A stretch of DNA of 52,555 nucleotides from Wenzhouxiangella sp. (GCA_007131235.1 SLQY01000098.1:1-52555); one strand, 5' to 3'. Counted from the first letter of the stretch, positions 9,587 through 19,609 are shown. The notes: generated by a model not told the origin, from the sequence alone. Translations and numbers: made by a program.

Positions 9587-12500
9587 TTACCCCGCGGCCA
9601 GTGCCGCGGGTTTTCTTTCCCTCCAGATCGTTTTACCCGGCTGCGCGTGGCGGCAGACGATGCCTTCTGCCTGCAGTTGAGCCAGGGCCGCGTCAAGGCG
9701 CGGCAGGGCCAGGCCCGTTTCGCGGGCCATGGCGGTAACCTCGATGCTGCCGAGCAGGCGACAACGTCCCAGCACCAGGCGTGCCAAGGCCTCGTCAGCA
9801 TCCGCCGCCGGCGGTGGTTTCAGGGCGGCCGGCAGTAAGGGCTGCAGCCGTGCCCCGGGCCAGACCGCCAGGGCCTCGCCCAGCCGCTGAGCATGAACCC
9901 AAAGACAAGCCCCCGAGTCCAGGTGCAGGCTGAACGCTGATCGGATTCGGACCAGCTTGAGAAAAGTCGTTCCCAGCGCTTGCCGTTCGGCTTCTCTCGG
10001 CAGCAGGTAACCGGCGGCCAGCAGATCCTGCTCGAAGCGATCGCCGCGCAACGCCGGGCTGGCCGATGATGACTGTCGGCGCGGGCGTCCAGCATGGGCA
10101 TTGTCCCGCTCCGGGTAGCGTTCAAAACTGCGTGTGCGGCGCTCCTCGGCTGCTGCCGGGTCGAGGAAACTGTTGCGGGGAGCGTGAACCAGGGCCATGG
10201 CCAGGCCGGATGGCGCCGGCGTATCAACGGCATGAACGCAGACCGATCCAGTCTCCATGCGCTGGTACAGGCGGACCAGGCCTTCCAGGTCCAGGTGCTC
10301 ACTCAGACAATCGTTCAACGCCTGGACAACCAGGGGATGGTCGGGAACCTGGCGATCGCCGCTCAGGTTTTCCAGGCAGGCCAACTGGTCGGGGAAAATT
10401 CTTGCGATCAGGTTTTCTGCCTGGTTCCGCTGCACCTGTGGCGGAATCCTGCCCTTGAAATCACGTCGCTGGATTGCCAGCGCCGTGTTGGCACACCAGC
10501 GCAGGCGGGTCTGAAAGATCGGCGTATCCAGCATTGCCTGGATCAGCAGTGATTCAAGCTGCGCGGACTTCAGCCAGGCCGGCACCTGGTCAAGTTCGAA
10601 GCTGTGGACCGCACCCAGTGAAATCAGCACACCGTTGTCGGTTGCTGCAGCCTGCAATTCGAAATTGAAGCCACGGCAGAAACGTTTGCGCAGGGCCAGG
10701 CCCCAGGCGCGGTTCAGGCGGGCACCGAAAAGGCTGTGAATGACCAGATGCTGGTCACCAGACGGGTCAAAGAACCGTTCCAGGACAATGGTGCGATCAT
10801 CCGGCAGGCAGCCCAGGGTGGTCCGGGCTTCGGCCAGCCAGGTCGCCAGCTGCGGCTGGGCCGGATAACGGCCGCCACCAGCCGCGCGGCAAAGGCTTCC
10901 AACCTGCCGCGACAGGCCGCGACTGCGACCGTCGCCGGTGCCGAACCAGAACGGCAGGTTGGGCGTCTCATCGCCGGCATCCTCGACCTCTACCCGACCG
11001 GGCAATACCCTGATGATTCTCCAGCTTTGCCCGCCAAGCTGGAGAATCTGACCAGGCGAGGATTCGAAGGCAAATTCTTCGTCCAACCGGCCCAGGCGCC
11101 GCTCCTGGTCCGGTGCCACCACCTCGTACTCGAACCATTCCGGAATGGTGCCGGCATTGAGCAGGGCCAACCGCGCCGCATCGGCACCGGCAGCCAGCCG
11201 CTCGGCATCCATTATCGCCAGCGGACCACGACCGGTCTCCCGGCCGGGAACGAAGCCCTCGTGCATCATCATCAGGACCTTGTCGAGCGCGCTCCGATGC
11301 AAGTCCCGCCACGGATAGGCCCGTGAAACCAGGCGATGAATCTCGTCAATGTGGTCATGACCCGCCGCAACCATGGCGACAAGTTGCTGGCACAGCACAT
11401 CCACCGGTGCCCGGCTGGGCTTTAGCGCATCAATACGGTCATCGCCGAGCGCCTTGACCAAGCCTTGCCAGTCGAGCAAGTCGCTCAGGGTGAGTGGAAA
11501 GGCATGCAGGCGAGGAATCGCTCCGGGGCGATGGCGCGCTCTTCCTGCCCGCTGCCTGGCCTCGTTGATACCGCGTGGCGCACCCAGCTGGCAAACGCGC
11601 TCAAGCACACCAATATCGATGCCCAGCTCCAGCGAGGAAGAACAGATCACGACCTTGATTCGGCCCTGCTTGAGACCTTCCTCGACTTCTTGCCGCCGGG
11701 CTCGACCAACGCTGCCGTGATGCACGGCCAGGCTTTCCGGCGGCAGCAGCTCGTCCAGCTGTGCTGCCACGCGCTCAACCTGGGCTCGCGTGTTGCAGAA
11801 AACCAGCATATTGCCAGACCTGCTGCCGATCTCGGCCAGGCGACTCGCCACGTATGTCCAGTGCGCGCCGTGAGCGAACGAGCCCAATGGCAGATCAGGC
11901 AACTCGATGGAAACCCTTGGCGAAGTGCACTCATGGTGGCCGACGATGCGACAGCTGCGCCCGGCCCCGGCCAGAAAGCCGGCGACCAGGCGCCGTGGCC
12001 GGGCTGTCGCCGACAATCCCACCCGTTGCAGCGGCGCATCAACCAGTCGCTGCAAGCGTTCCATGGACAAGGCAAGGTGGGCACCGCGCTTGCTGCCAAC
12101 CAGGGCATGAATTTCGTCGATGATTACGCCGCGCACCCCGCGCAGCATGGTGCGTCCGCCGCGACTGCCGAGCAGAACGAACAGGCTCTCCGGGGTTGTC
12201 AGCAGAATATCGGGCGGCCGGCGGCGCTGCGCCGCACGCTGACTCGCGGATGTGTCGCCGGTGCGCAGGCCGATCTTGAGCTCTGCACCGGTGTCCGGAC
12301 CCAGACTGGCCAACCCGGCCAGGCAGCCCTCGACACCGGCGGCCATATCGCGCGACAGGGCCCGCAGCGGCGAGACATAAAGCAGTTGCACGCCAGGACC
12401 CTGGCCGCCTGACGGCCGTGGCGGCAACCTGGCAATCAGGGGCAGCCAGGCCGCCAGGGACTTGCCACTGCCGGTGGCGCCTGTCACCAGCACATTGTCG

Positions 12501-12631
12501 CCGCTCGCAATGGCCGGCCAGGTTGCCGCCTGAACGTCGGTCGGCTGCCCGTAGCGTTCCCGGAACCAACGCCTGATGGACTGCGGCAAGCAGGCATCAG
12601 CAGCAGGCCTGGCGCCTGATGATGCGATCAC
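9587..12631 (-). CDS. Lhr-family SF2 DEAD/DEAH-box helicase (core plus short C-terminal extension)
   Basis: GATGSGKS, YVSPLRAL, RTGDT, TTPESL, DEIH, GLSAT, SSLELGIDIG, QRAGR, GRLDEEFAFES, LALRKRFCRGFNFELQAAA. GTG start overlaps the upstream stop. Confidence 0.9.
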   Translation of the reverse strand: MIASSGARPAADACLPQSIRRWFRERYGQPTDVQAATWPAIASGDNVLVTGATGSGKSLAAWLPLIARLPPRPSGGQGPGVQLLYVSPLRALSRDMAAGVEGCLAGLASLGPDTGAELKIGLRTGDTSASQRAAQRRRPPDILLTTPESLFVLLGSRGGRTMLRGVRGVIIDEIHALVGSKRGAHLALSMERLQRLVDAPLQRVGLSATARPRRLVAGFLAGAGRSCRIVGHHECTSPRVSIELPDLPLGSFAHGAHWTYVASRLAEIGSRSGNMLVFCNTRAQVERVAAQLDELLPPESLAVHHGSVGRARRQEVEEGLKQGRIKVVICSSSLELGIDIGVLERVCQLGAPRGINEARQRAGRARHRPGAIPRLHAFPLTLSDLLDWQGLVKALGDDRIDALKPSRAPVDVLCQQLVAMVAAGHDHIDEIHRLVSRAYPWRDLHRSALDKVLMMMHEGFVPGRETGRGPLAIMDAERLAAGADAARLALLNAGTIPEWFEYEVVAPDQERRLGRLDEEFAFESSPGQILQLGGQSWRIIRVLPGRVEVEDAGDETPNLPFWFGTGDGRSRGLSRQVGSLCRAAGGGRYPAQPQLATWLAEARTTLGCLPDDRTIVLERFFDPSGDQHLVIHSLFGARLNRAWGLALRKRFCRGFNFELQAAATDNGVLISLGAVHSFELDQVPAWLKSAQLESLLIQAMLDTPIFQTRLRWCANTALAIQRRDFKGRIPPQVQRNQAENLIARIFPDQLACLENLSGDRQVPDHPLVVQALNDCLSEHLDLEGLVRLYQRMETGSVCVHAVDTPAPSGLAMALVHAPRNSFLDPAAAEERRTRSFERYPERDNAHAGRPRRQSSSASPALRGDRFEQDLLAAGYLLPREAERQALGTTFLKLVRIRSAFSLHLDSGACLWVHAQRLGEALAVWPGARLQPLLPAALKPPPAADADEALARLVLGRCRLLGSIEVTAMARETGLALPRLDAALAQLQAEGIVCRHAQPGKTIWRERKPAALAAG
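9591..9618 (+). terminator. Intrinsic terminator of the cox operon, embedded in the last codons of the convergent Lhr gene
   Basis: CCCGCGGC-cagt-GCCGCGGG followed by TTTTCTTT, about 20 nt after the coxC stop. Confidence 0.7.
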
Positions 12632-13107
12632 AGCCCGACCACGTCTTCCCAGCTGGCCGAGATCATCATCCAGTCCGATCCTTCACGGCGCCAACCGGTG
12701 CGAACCCGGTACCAGCGACCACGCTCGGGAATCAGGCCGCTGCCTCCGGTGAGAATGACACGAAACTCGGCGCTGGCCCGGTCGTCCCCATGCAACTCGG
12801 CAGAAAAATCATGAATGCGGGCGCGCAGGCGTTGATGGGCACGCATCTCGCGCTCCAGCAACAGGCGCGCGCCGCGGGGATCCAGGTTCCAGGTATCGGC
12901 ACTGAAATCATCGGCCAGCGGGGCCAGCACGGCTCGCGCATTGCGCTCGGCCAGACCGTCGACCATTCCATCGAGACGCTGGCGAATCTGTTCTTCGTCG
13001 GGGAGCGGCGCCGAGCAACCGGCCAGCAGGCCGGCCAGCACTGCCAGGACCACCAGCAGCGCTGCCGTCCGGCACCGTGGCAGACCAGAGCGCGAGACTG
13101 CGCTCAT
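12628..13107 (-). CDS. Putative lipoprotein with NTF2/SnoaL-like fold
   Basis: Hydrophobic signal with lipobox LAGC, followed by 'LADDF' and a beta-rich C-terminus ending WRREGSDWMMISASW, a pattern typical of NTF2-like domains. Confidence 0.65.
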   Translation of the reverse strand: MSAVSRSGLPRCRTAALLVVLAVLAGLLAGCSAPLPDEEQIRQRLDGMVDGLAERNARAVLAPLADDFSADTWNLDPRGARLLLEREMRAHQRLRARIHDFSAELHGDDRASAEFRVILTGGSGLIPERGRWYRVRTGWRREGSDWMMISASWEDVVGL

Positions 13108-15017
13108 TCTTCGGCCAGGTAACTTTCCAGCAGGCGACCGGCGACAACGATCAGGTCGTACTCGGTCACCAGGCCGACCAGCTTGCCCTCCTCGACCACC
13201 GGCAGGCAGCTGAGACGTTTCTCGCGCATCAGGCGAATCGCTTCTACGGTGGTGGTTTCCGGGCCCACCGACAAGGGGTCCGGGCGCATGATGTCACGAA
13301 CCATGGTGGTCTGGTCCATTTTGCCACCGCGGGCGACCAGGCGCAGCAACTGGCGATGCGAGACAAGGCCAAGCAGCTGACCCGAATCGTCTTCGACCGG
13401 CACATGGCGAACGTAGCGCCACTCCATCAGGCTGGCAGCAAAATCAACAATGTCGTCCGGGCGCACCGTGAACAGATCGGTGGCCATGAACTGGCCTACC
13501 GTGCGATAGCTGTCGCGCCAGTCCTGGCTGCGGCAAAACTCGGCCAGTTCCCAGTCGGCAATCGGCTTTCCGGACTGCTCCTGCTCGATCATGCTGCTGG
13601 TCAGTGCCCGGTGGCATTCGTGAGCACTGCCCTGCCCGCGCATCTTTTCCAGCGACTCCAGCTGCCAGCGCGCACCGGTCCGCCTGCGCTCGACACGCTT
13701 TTGCACAACGCCCAGGTAGCGATCGATGTCATCGCTGTCGATGCCAGCCTCGGCCAGGCCCTCACGGGCCAGCGGCAACAGGATGTCGAGAACCAGCTCC
13801 TGGGCGGTCATCTGCCGATCGTCGAACCAGATCTGCTGGGCCCGGATTCCCTCGCGTGCGGCGGCCAGGAAATTCGACTTCACGTCGGCGAAATTGAGGT
13901 GCTCACGGATGTCATCGATGGAGCGCGACAGCTTGGCCATCATGCCGAAGAAGAAAGCCGCGTTGCCAACTTCATCCAGCACGGTCGGACCGGAAGGAAT
14001 CACCCGGTTCTCGATACGCAGATGCGGCTTGCCGTTATCGGAAATGCCGTAGCAGGCGCGATTCCAGCGATACACCGTACCGTTGTGCAACCGCAACGCA
14101 TTGAGCCTGGGCACTTCGCCACGGGCCACCATACCGATCGGGTCTTCCTCGAATTCGGTGGTCAGGATGACCCGGAAGCGGGCGATGTCTTCCTTGAAGA
14201 TTTCAATGACCGACTCATCAATCCAGCTGTCGCCGAAATGTACCCGGGGCTTGTGGCCGCGGGCGGCATGCGCTTCGGAGCGTGCGTCGATGGAATGTTC
14301 GAATACCGCGATCCGGCTTTCGTGCCACAAGCGCTTGCCAAGAAGAATCGGTGAATTCACCGATGCGGCCAGGAGCGGTCCGGTCACGGCCTGGGCAATA
14401 TTGTACAGGTGGGCAAACTCTTCCGGGCCGACCTGGAAATGGATCTGGAAGCTGGTATTACAGGCTTCAAGCATGAGATTGTCGTGCTTGAAGCTGAGCT
14501 GATCGATGCCCTTGATGGATATCTGGAAATTACTGCCGCGCAGGCGTAACAGTGCCTCGTTCAGGGCGAAATAGCGCGCCGTGGGCACAATGGCATCCAG
14601 GCTCAGATGCTCCCTGGTCAGGGTCGGCAGAATGCCGACCAGGGCAACGCGAGTGCCGACCTCGCCGGCCTTGGCGCGCGCAATGTTCATGACCTCGTTG
14701 GTCTCTGCTTCCAGCTGGCGCAGACAATCTCCGCCAAGCGCCAGCGGCGACAGGTTGGCCTCGAGATTGAACAGGCCGAGCTCGTGGGTAAAGCGCGGAT
14801 CGTCCATGCGTTCCAGGATCTGCATGGCCGTCAGTGCCGGCCGCGACGCGCGGTCGACCAAGAACATTTCCTGCTCGGCCCCGATGCGACGAACGCCGGA
14901 TTCAAACATGCCTTTCTGATGCATGTCCTCTAGCGCTCGAACTTCATCGAGCAACGCCTTCATGAAAGCGCGACGGGTGGCCTCATCGCTGTTTTGCTGT
15001 ACGTTTTGTTCGCCCAT
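13104..15017 (-). CDS. Glutamate-cysteine ligase family 2 (GCS2)-like protein fused to C-terminal tandem CBS domains
   Basis: [71 protein letters not shown]; CBS repeats contain RHVPVED and [16 protein letters not shown]. Start placed at ATG 15017 because a -10 box lies only 2 nt upstream of the GTG at 15053. Confidence 0.82.
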   Translation of the reverse strand: MGEQNVQQNSDEATRRAFMKALLDEVRALEDMHQKGMFESGVRRIGAEQEMFLVDRASRPALTAMQILERMDDPRFTHELGLFNLEANLSPLALGGDCLRQLEAETNEVMNIARAKAGEVGTRVALVGILPTLTREHLSLDAIVPTARYFALNEALLRLRGSNFQISIKGIDQLSFKHDNLMLEACNTSFQIHFQVGPEEFAHLYNIAQAVTGPLLAASVNSPILLGKRLWHESRIAVFEHSIDARSEAHAARGHKPRVHFGDSWIDESVIEIFKEDIARFRVILTTEFEEDPIGMVARGEVPRLNALRLHNGTVYRWNRACYGISDNGKPHLRIENRVIPSGPTVLDEVGNAAFFFGMMAKLSRSIDDIREHLNFADVKSNFLAAAREGIRAQQIWFDDRQMTAQELVLDILLPLAREGLAEAGIDSDDIDRYLGVVQKRVERRRTGARWQLESLEKMRGQGSAHECHRALTSSMIEQEQSGKPIADWELAEFCRSQDWRDSYRTVGQFMATDLFTVRPDDIVDFAASLMEWRYVRHVPVEDDSGQLLGLVSHRQLLRLVARGGKMDQTTMVRDIMRPDPLSVGPETTTVEAIRLMREKRLSCLPVVEEGKLVGLVTEYDLIVVAGRLLESYLAEE

Positions 15018-15055
15018 GGGATATGTTGAACTGGCCGCGCCGTCGGTTTCCACGG

Positions 15056-15084
15056 ATGATAAACGCCAACCGTCCTACGGGCAA
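15056..15084 (-). promoter_or_regulatory. Putative sigma70 promoter of the GCS2-CBS/lipoprotein/Lhr unit
   Basis: Minus strand TTGCCC-N17-TATCAT. Confidence 0.55.
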
Positions 15085-15154
15085 CTTGTCTCCGGGCTTC
15101 AGCTGTGCCAAGCTTGGGATTGGGAAGTCCAAGACCATACAAAGGGTAGATCAA

Positions 15155-16843
15155 ATGTCTGAAAAACCGTGGCTTGAGCAATATCCGGCCAACGTGCCCG
15201 CCGAAATCGACATGGATGAATTCGGTTCTGTCGTCGAAGTTATTGAAAAGAGCTGCCAGGATTACGCTGACAAGGTGGCCTACGTCAATTTCGGCGCCAC
15301 CCTGACCTATCGCCAGGTTGATGATTACAGTCGCGCCTTCGGTGCCCAGATGCAGGCCATGGGCCTGAAACCGGGTGACCGCATCGCCATCATGATGCCC
15401 AACGTACTGCAGTATCCGATTGCCGTTTTCGGTGCGTTGCGAGCCGGCCTGGTTGTCGTCAATACCAACCCGCTGTACACCGCCCGGGAGCTGAAGCATC
15501 AGCTCAAGGATTCCGGGGCCCGCGCCATTGTCATCATCGAAAACTTCGCCAACGTTCTCGAGGCCGTGATCGATGATACCGACGTGGAACATGTCATCCT
15601 GACGACCATGGGAGACATGGTCGGTTTCCCCAAGGGTGCCATCATGAATTTCGTGCTTCGGCACATCAAGAAAATGGTGCCGAAGTTCAATCTACCCGAT
15701 GCGGTTGCGTTCAAGCGCGTGCTGGCCGATGGTGCCGGTGCCCAGCTGACGCCGGCCAAGCTCGGCCACGATGACCTGGCCTTTCTCCAGTACACCGGGG
15801 GTACGACCGGGGTTTCCAAGGGAGCGATGCTGACCCATGGCAACATGGTGGCCAACATGCAGCAATCCTCGGCCTGGCTGGGCGACCGCGTCAGCCCGGG
15901 CCAGGAAACCATCATCACCGCACTGCCGCTTTACCACATCTTCGCGTTGACGGCGAACTGCCTGGTGTTCCTCAAATTCGGTGGGCGCAACGTGCTGATC
16001 ACCAACCCACGTGACATGCCTGGCTTTGTCAAGGAGCTCTCGAACTCCGGGTTCACCGCCATCACTGGCGTCAATACGCTGTTCAACGGTCTGCTCAACA
16101 CGCCGGGATTCAGCGAACTGGATTTCTCCAACCTGCGCATGACACTAGGTGGGGGCATGGCAGTGCAGCGGGCGGTGGCCGACAAGTGGAAAAAGACCAC
16201 GGGCGTGCCCTTGATCGAGGCTTACGGCCTGACCGAAACGTCCCCGGCTGCCTGCATCAATCCGATGACGCTGGAAGATTACAACGGCGCCATCGGGCTG
16301 CCGATCTCTTCGACCGAATGCCGGGTCATCGATACTGACGGCAATCCCCAGCCGACCGGAGAAACCGGCGAGCTTTGCGTCAAGGGGCCGCAGGTGATGA
16401 AGGGCTACTGGAACCGACCGGAGGAAACGGCCAAAGTCCTCGATAGTGACGGCTGGCTGAAAACCGGCGACATGGCCAAGATGGACGAGCAGGGTTTCTT
16501 CTACATCGTCGATCGCAAGAAGGACATGATCCTGGTATCCGGCTTCAACGTCTATCCGAACGAGATCGAAGACGTGGTGGCGGCCCATCCGAAAGTGCTG
16601 GAAGTTGGCGCGATCGGCGCACCGGACGAAAAGTCCGGTGAGGTGGTCAAGGTCGTTGTGGTGCGCAAGGATGACTCGCTCACGGTCAAGGAAGTGCGCG
16701 AACATTGCCGCAAGGAATTGACCGGCTACAAGGTGCCCAAGTACGTCGAGTTTGTCGATGAATTGCCCAAGACCAACGTCGGCAAGATCTTGCGGCGCGA
16801 GCTGCGCGACCAGTTCGGAGAGCCACGCAGCTCCGAGGGCTGA
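15155..16843 (+). CDS. fadD: Long-chain fatty acid-CoA ligase
   Basis: AMP-binding [48 protein letters not shown]. Start at ATG 15155 (MSEKPWL). Confidence 0.93.
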   Translation: MSEKPWLEQYPANVPAEIDMDEFGSVVEVIEKSCQDYADKVAYVNFGATLTYRQVDDYSRAFGAQMQAMGLKPGDRIAIMMPNVLQYPIAVFGALRAGLVVVNTNPLYTARELKHQLKDSGARAIVIIENFANVLEAVIDDTDVEHVILTTMGDMVGFPKGAIMNFVLRHIKKMVPKFNLPDAVAFKRVLADGAGAQLTPAKLGHDDLAFLQYTGGTTGVSKGAMLTHGNMVANMQQSSAWLGDRVSPGQETIITALPLYHIFALTANCLVFLKFGGRNVLITNPRDMPGFVKELSNSGFTAITGVNTLFNGLLNTPGFSELDFSNLRMTLGGGMAVQRAVADKWKKTTGVPLIEAYGLTETSPAACINPMTLEDYNGAIGLPISSTECRVIDTDGNPQPTGETGELCVKGPQVMKGYWNRPEETAKVLDSDGWLKTGDMAKMDEQGFFYIVDRKKDMILVSGFNVYPNEIEDVVAAHPKVLEVGAIGAPDEKSGEVVKVVVVRKDDSLTVKEVREHCRKELTGYKVPKYVEFVDELPKTNVGKILRRELRDQFGEPRSSEG

Positions 16844-16848
16844 GCAGA

Positions 16849-16939
16849 GGCCTGCCGGGCTGCCCGCCGGGGTAGCCCGCTAGGCGCAGGCAGGCCCGAA
16901 CCCTCGGTTCCCGGCTTACCGGCCCGGCCCGCAAGCCGG
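16849..16939. terminator. GC-rich hairpin cluster between convergent fadD and dinB
   Basis: GGCCTGCC...GGCAGGCC enclosing GGGCTGCCC/GGGTAGCCC, and CCGGCTT...AAGCCGG. No clear U-tract, so the terminator role is uncertain. Confidence 0.35.
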
Positions 16940-16943
16940 TAAC

Positions 16944-18017
16944 TCATTGGTCCGGGGCGGGGTCCAGGACGCTTTCCAGGGCTGGCTGAGCTTCCAGGGA
17001 GCTGACACCAACACCAACCAGGCGGACGGCAAAGGCACTGCGCCACTCGGCCCAGTTTTCCAGCAGCTCGAGCGCGGTACGTCCGATCAGCTCGGCGCTG
17101 CGTGTATAGCCTTCCAGGGAGCTGCTGCGGGTCAGGGTGGAAAAGCCGCTGGAGCGCAATTTCAGGGTGACGGTGCGGGCATACAGATTTTTCCGATGCA
17201 GGCTGTCTGCCACCTGGAGCGCCTGCTCCATCAGCACTGGCCTGAGCGTTTCCAGTGAGGTGTGGTCCTGGCTGAACGTATTTTCCTGGCTGATCGAGCG
17301 TCGTACCCGGCTTGACTTGACCGGACGCTCGTCGATGCCGGCGGCTCGGCGGGCCAGTTCCGCACCGTGCTCGCCGAACAGTTCCCGGAGCAGGTCCTTG
17401 GCCGTTTTTCTGAGCTGCCCGGCCGTGTGTATGCCGGCATCATGCAGCTTGCTGGCGCTGCGCGGTCCGATGCCGGGCAGGCGCCGGATCGGCAAGGGAT
17501 CGAGAAAGCGCTCGGTATCCTCGGCAAGCACCAGGACGAAACCGTCGGGTTTGTCATAGTCCGAGGCAAGCTTGGCCAGCAGCTTGTTGTGCGACATGCC
17601 GACCGAGGCGGTCAGCCCGCAGACCTGGCCAATCTCGCGTTTCAGGGCCCGCCCGATCTGTTCCAAGTCCATGCCCTGCCCGGTCGATTCGGTGACATCC
17701 AGGAAGGCCTCGTCCAGGCTCAGGCCCTCGACCAGATCGGTATAACCGCGGAATATGGCGAAAATCTCGGCCGATACCTCCCGGTAACGGGCAAACCTTG
17801 ACTTGACGAAGACACCCTGCGGACATAGCCGGCGCGCTTTCATGCCAGGCATGGCCGAGCGCACCCCGAACTGGCGTGCCTCGTAGCTGGCCGCAGCCAC
17901 GACCCCGCGATGACTGCCTCCGCCCACCATGACCGGACGGCCGCGCAAGGCCGGATTATCGTGCTGCTCCACGCTGGCAAAAAACGCGTCCATATCGACA
18001 TGAATGATTGAGCGCAA
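16944..18017 (-). CDS. dinB: DNA polymerase IV (Y-family)
   Basis: IIHVDMDAFFASVE, AASYEAR, SLDEAFLD, LAKLAS..KPDG. TTG start. Confidence 0.95.
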   Translation of the reverse strand: MRSIIHVDMDAFFASVEQHDNPALRGRPVMVGGGSHRGVVAAASYEARQFGVRSAMPGMKARRLCPQGVFVKSRFARYREVSAEIFAIFRGYTDLVEGLSLDEAFLDVTESTGQGMDLEQIGRALKREIGQVCGLTASVGMSHNKLLAKLASDYDKPDGFVLVLAEDTERFLDPLPIRRLPGIGPRSASKLHDAGIHTAGQLRKTAKDLLRELFGEHGAELARRAAGIDERPVKSSRVRRSISQENTFSQDHTSLETLRPVLMEQALQVADSLHRKNLYARTVTLKLRSSGFSTLTRSSSLEGYTRSAELIGRTALELLENWAEWRSAFAVRLVGVGVSSLEAQPALESVLDPAPDQ

Positions 18018-18110
18018 GAATCTAGTGGTCCTTCAATCCTGGCGGCGATAGCTGCATGTTCGACCGCTGATCATGCCACCTGATCATCATCGCGCGGTTA
18101 CCATGGCGGC

Positions 18111-19271
18111 ATGGAGAATCATTTGCCACCCTCGCCCGGCGAACAGCGCCTGGCAGATTCCTTTCCCATCATCCAGCGTCATGCCTGGTTCAACCACGCC
18201 GCGATTTCACCGTGGCCGGCAGCAGTCAGTTCGGCCATGCAGGCATATGTCGCCGGCAACGCCAAGGATGGACCGATCGGCTACGGCCACTGGCTGCAGG
18301 TCGAGCGACGGCTGCGTGAACGCGCACCAGCGTTGTTTTCCCAGTCGTGTGCCGACGATATTGCCCTGGTGGCCAACACCAGTACCGGGCTCAATCGGGT
18401 CGCACACGGGCTCGATTGGCAGCCTGGCGACAGCGTGGTATTCATGGCCAATGATTTTCCGTCGAACAGGCTGCCCTGGGAAGCTCTCGCCAGGCTTGGC
18501 GTAGAGGCGCGGCCGGTAACGCTCGATGCGCATGACCCGGAGCGCTCGCTGCTTGCCGCGATCGGACCGAGCACGCGGCTGCTGGCCGTTTCTTCCGTCC
18601 ACTACGAGACCGGGCGGCGGCTCGACCTGACCCGGCTGGGCGAGGCCTGCAGTCGCCATGGCGTGCTGTTCTGCATTGATGCCATTCAGCATCTCGGCGC
18701 CCTTCCCCTGGATGTCGACGCCATCGAGGCCGACTTCGTCGTGGCCGGCTCACACAAGTGGCTGCTGGCACCAGAAGGCCTGGCCTTGTTCTGGAGTCGC
18801 CCCGAAGCACGCGCCCTGCTCGATGTGGTGGAGCCGGGTTGGCGCATGTTTCCCGATCCCTTCAACTTTGCCCGCCCTGACTGGACGGCACCGGCCTCGG
18901 CCTGTCGCTTCGAACCGGGAACACTCAACACGGCCGCTGTGCACGGACTGGAAGCGGCGGTATCGCTGTTGCTCAGTCACGGCATGAAGCAGGTGGGTCA
19001 AGATCTGCTGGATCGAACCGACCTGCTCACCGAAGCCCTGGATTCCGTCCCCGGGATCTGGTTGACCAGCCCGATCGAGCGCGAGCGACGCGCCGGGATC
19101 GTCAGCCTGGTCATCGATGGAATCGACCCTGAACGAGCGCTCGCCCAGCTCACTCTCAATGGCATTCACGCAGCCGTTCGCGGCCGTTGCCTGCGCCTGT
19201 CGCCGCATTTCTACACACCGCTGGACCAGGTTGAATCAGTGATCAGGATGATTCGGAAGATGGCGGGCTAA
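18111..19271 (+). CDS. Class V PLP-dependent aminotransferase / C-S lyase-like enzyme
   Basis: FNHAAISP, NTSTG, DFPSN, IDAIQ, PLP-lysine motif GSHKWLLAPEG, RFEPGT, RLSPHFY. Confidence 0.85.
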   Translation: MENHLPPSPGEQRLADSFPIIQRHAWFNHAAISPWPAAVSSAMQAYVAGNAKDGPIGYGHWLQVERRLRERAPALFSQSCADDIALVANTSTGLNRVAHGLDWQPGDSVVFMANDFPSNRLPWEALARLGVEARPVTLDAHDPERSLLAAIGPSTRLLAVSSVHYETGRRLDLTRLGEACSRHGVLFCIDAIQHLGALPLDVDAIEADFVVAGSHKWLLAPEGLALFWSRPEARALLDVVEPGWRMFPDPFNFARPDWTAPASACRFEPGTLNTAAVHGLEAAVSLLLSHGMKQVGQDLLDRTDLLTEALDSVPGIWLTSPIERERRAGIVSLVIDGIDPERALAQLTLNGIHAAVRGRCLRLSPHFYTPLDQVESVIRMIRKMAG

Positions 19272-19606
19272 ATCGTCCTGGTCGGCCGATCGGATTCCAG
19301 CATGCCCGCCAGCAGGGAACTGATCGTTGCATTGGCCTGGGTGCCCTCGGGGCTGTCGGCAAACTGAACGCCAACCCCGCTGTTGATGCTGTGCTGGGAG
19401 CCTGGCGGCGTGATCCAGGCCACCTTGCCCGGAATGGCAATTCTCTCCTCGCCGAGCAGACTGAGCAAAATCAGTACTTCGTCCCCGAGCTTGAAGTTCT
19501 TCTTGGTCGGAACAAACAGGCCACCGTTGATCAGAAACGGCATGAAGGCCGCGTACAGCTCTTGCTTGGTCTCGATATTGTAGGAAAGTATGCCTTTCTG
19601 GGCCAT
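19268..19606 (-). CDS. pilZ: Type IV pilus biogenesis protein PilZ
   Basis: LYAAFMPFLINGGLFVPT, GKVAWITP, GVGVQF; conserved position directly after holB. Confidence 0.9.
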   Translation of the reverse strand: MAQKGILSYNIETKQELYAAFMPFLINGGLFVPTKKNFKLGDEVLILLSLLGEERIAIPGKVAWITPPGSQHSINSGVGVQFADSPEGTQANATISSLLAGMLESDRPTRTI

Positions 19607-19609
19607 GGG

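Noticed and set aside
18018-18110. LexA (SOS) box upstream of dinB
   Set aside because: No CTGT-N8-ACAG match in the spacer.
19268-19606. PilZ as a c-di-GMP receptor
   Set aside because: It lacks the RxxxR motif, as expected for the holB-linked pilus PilZ.
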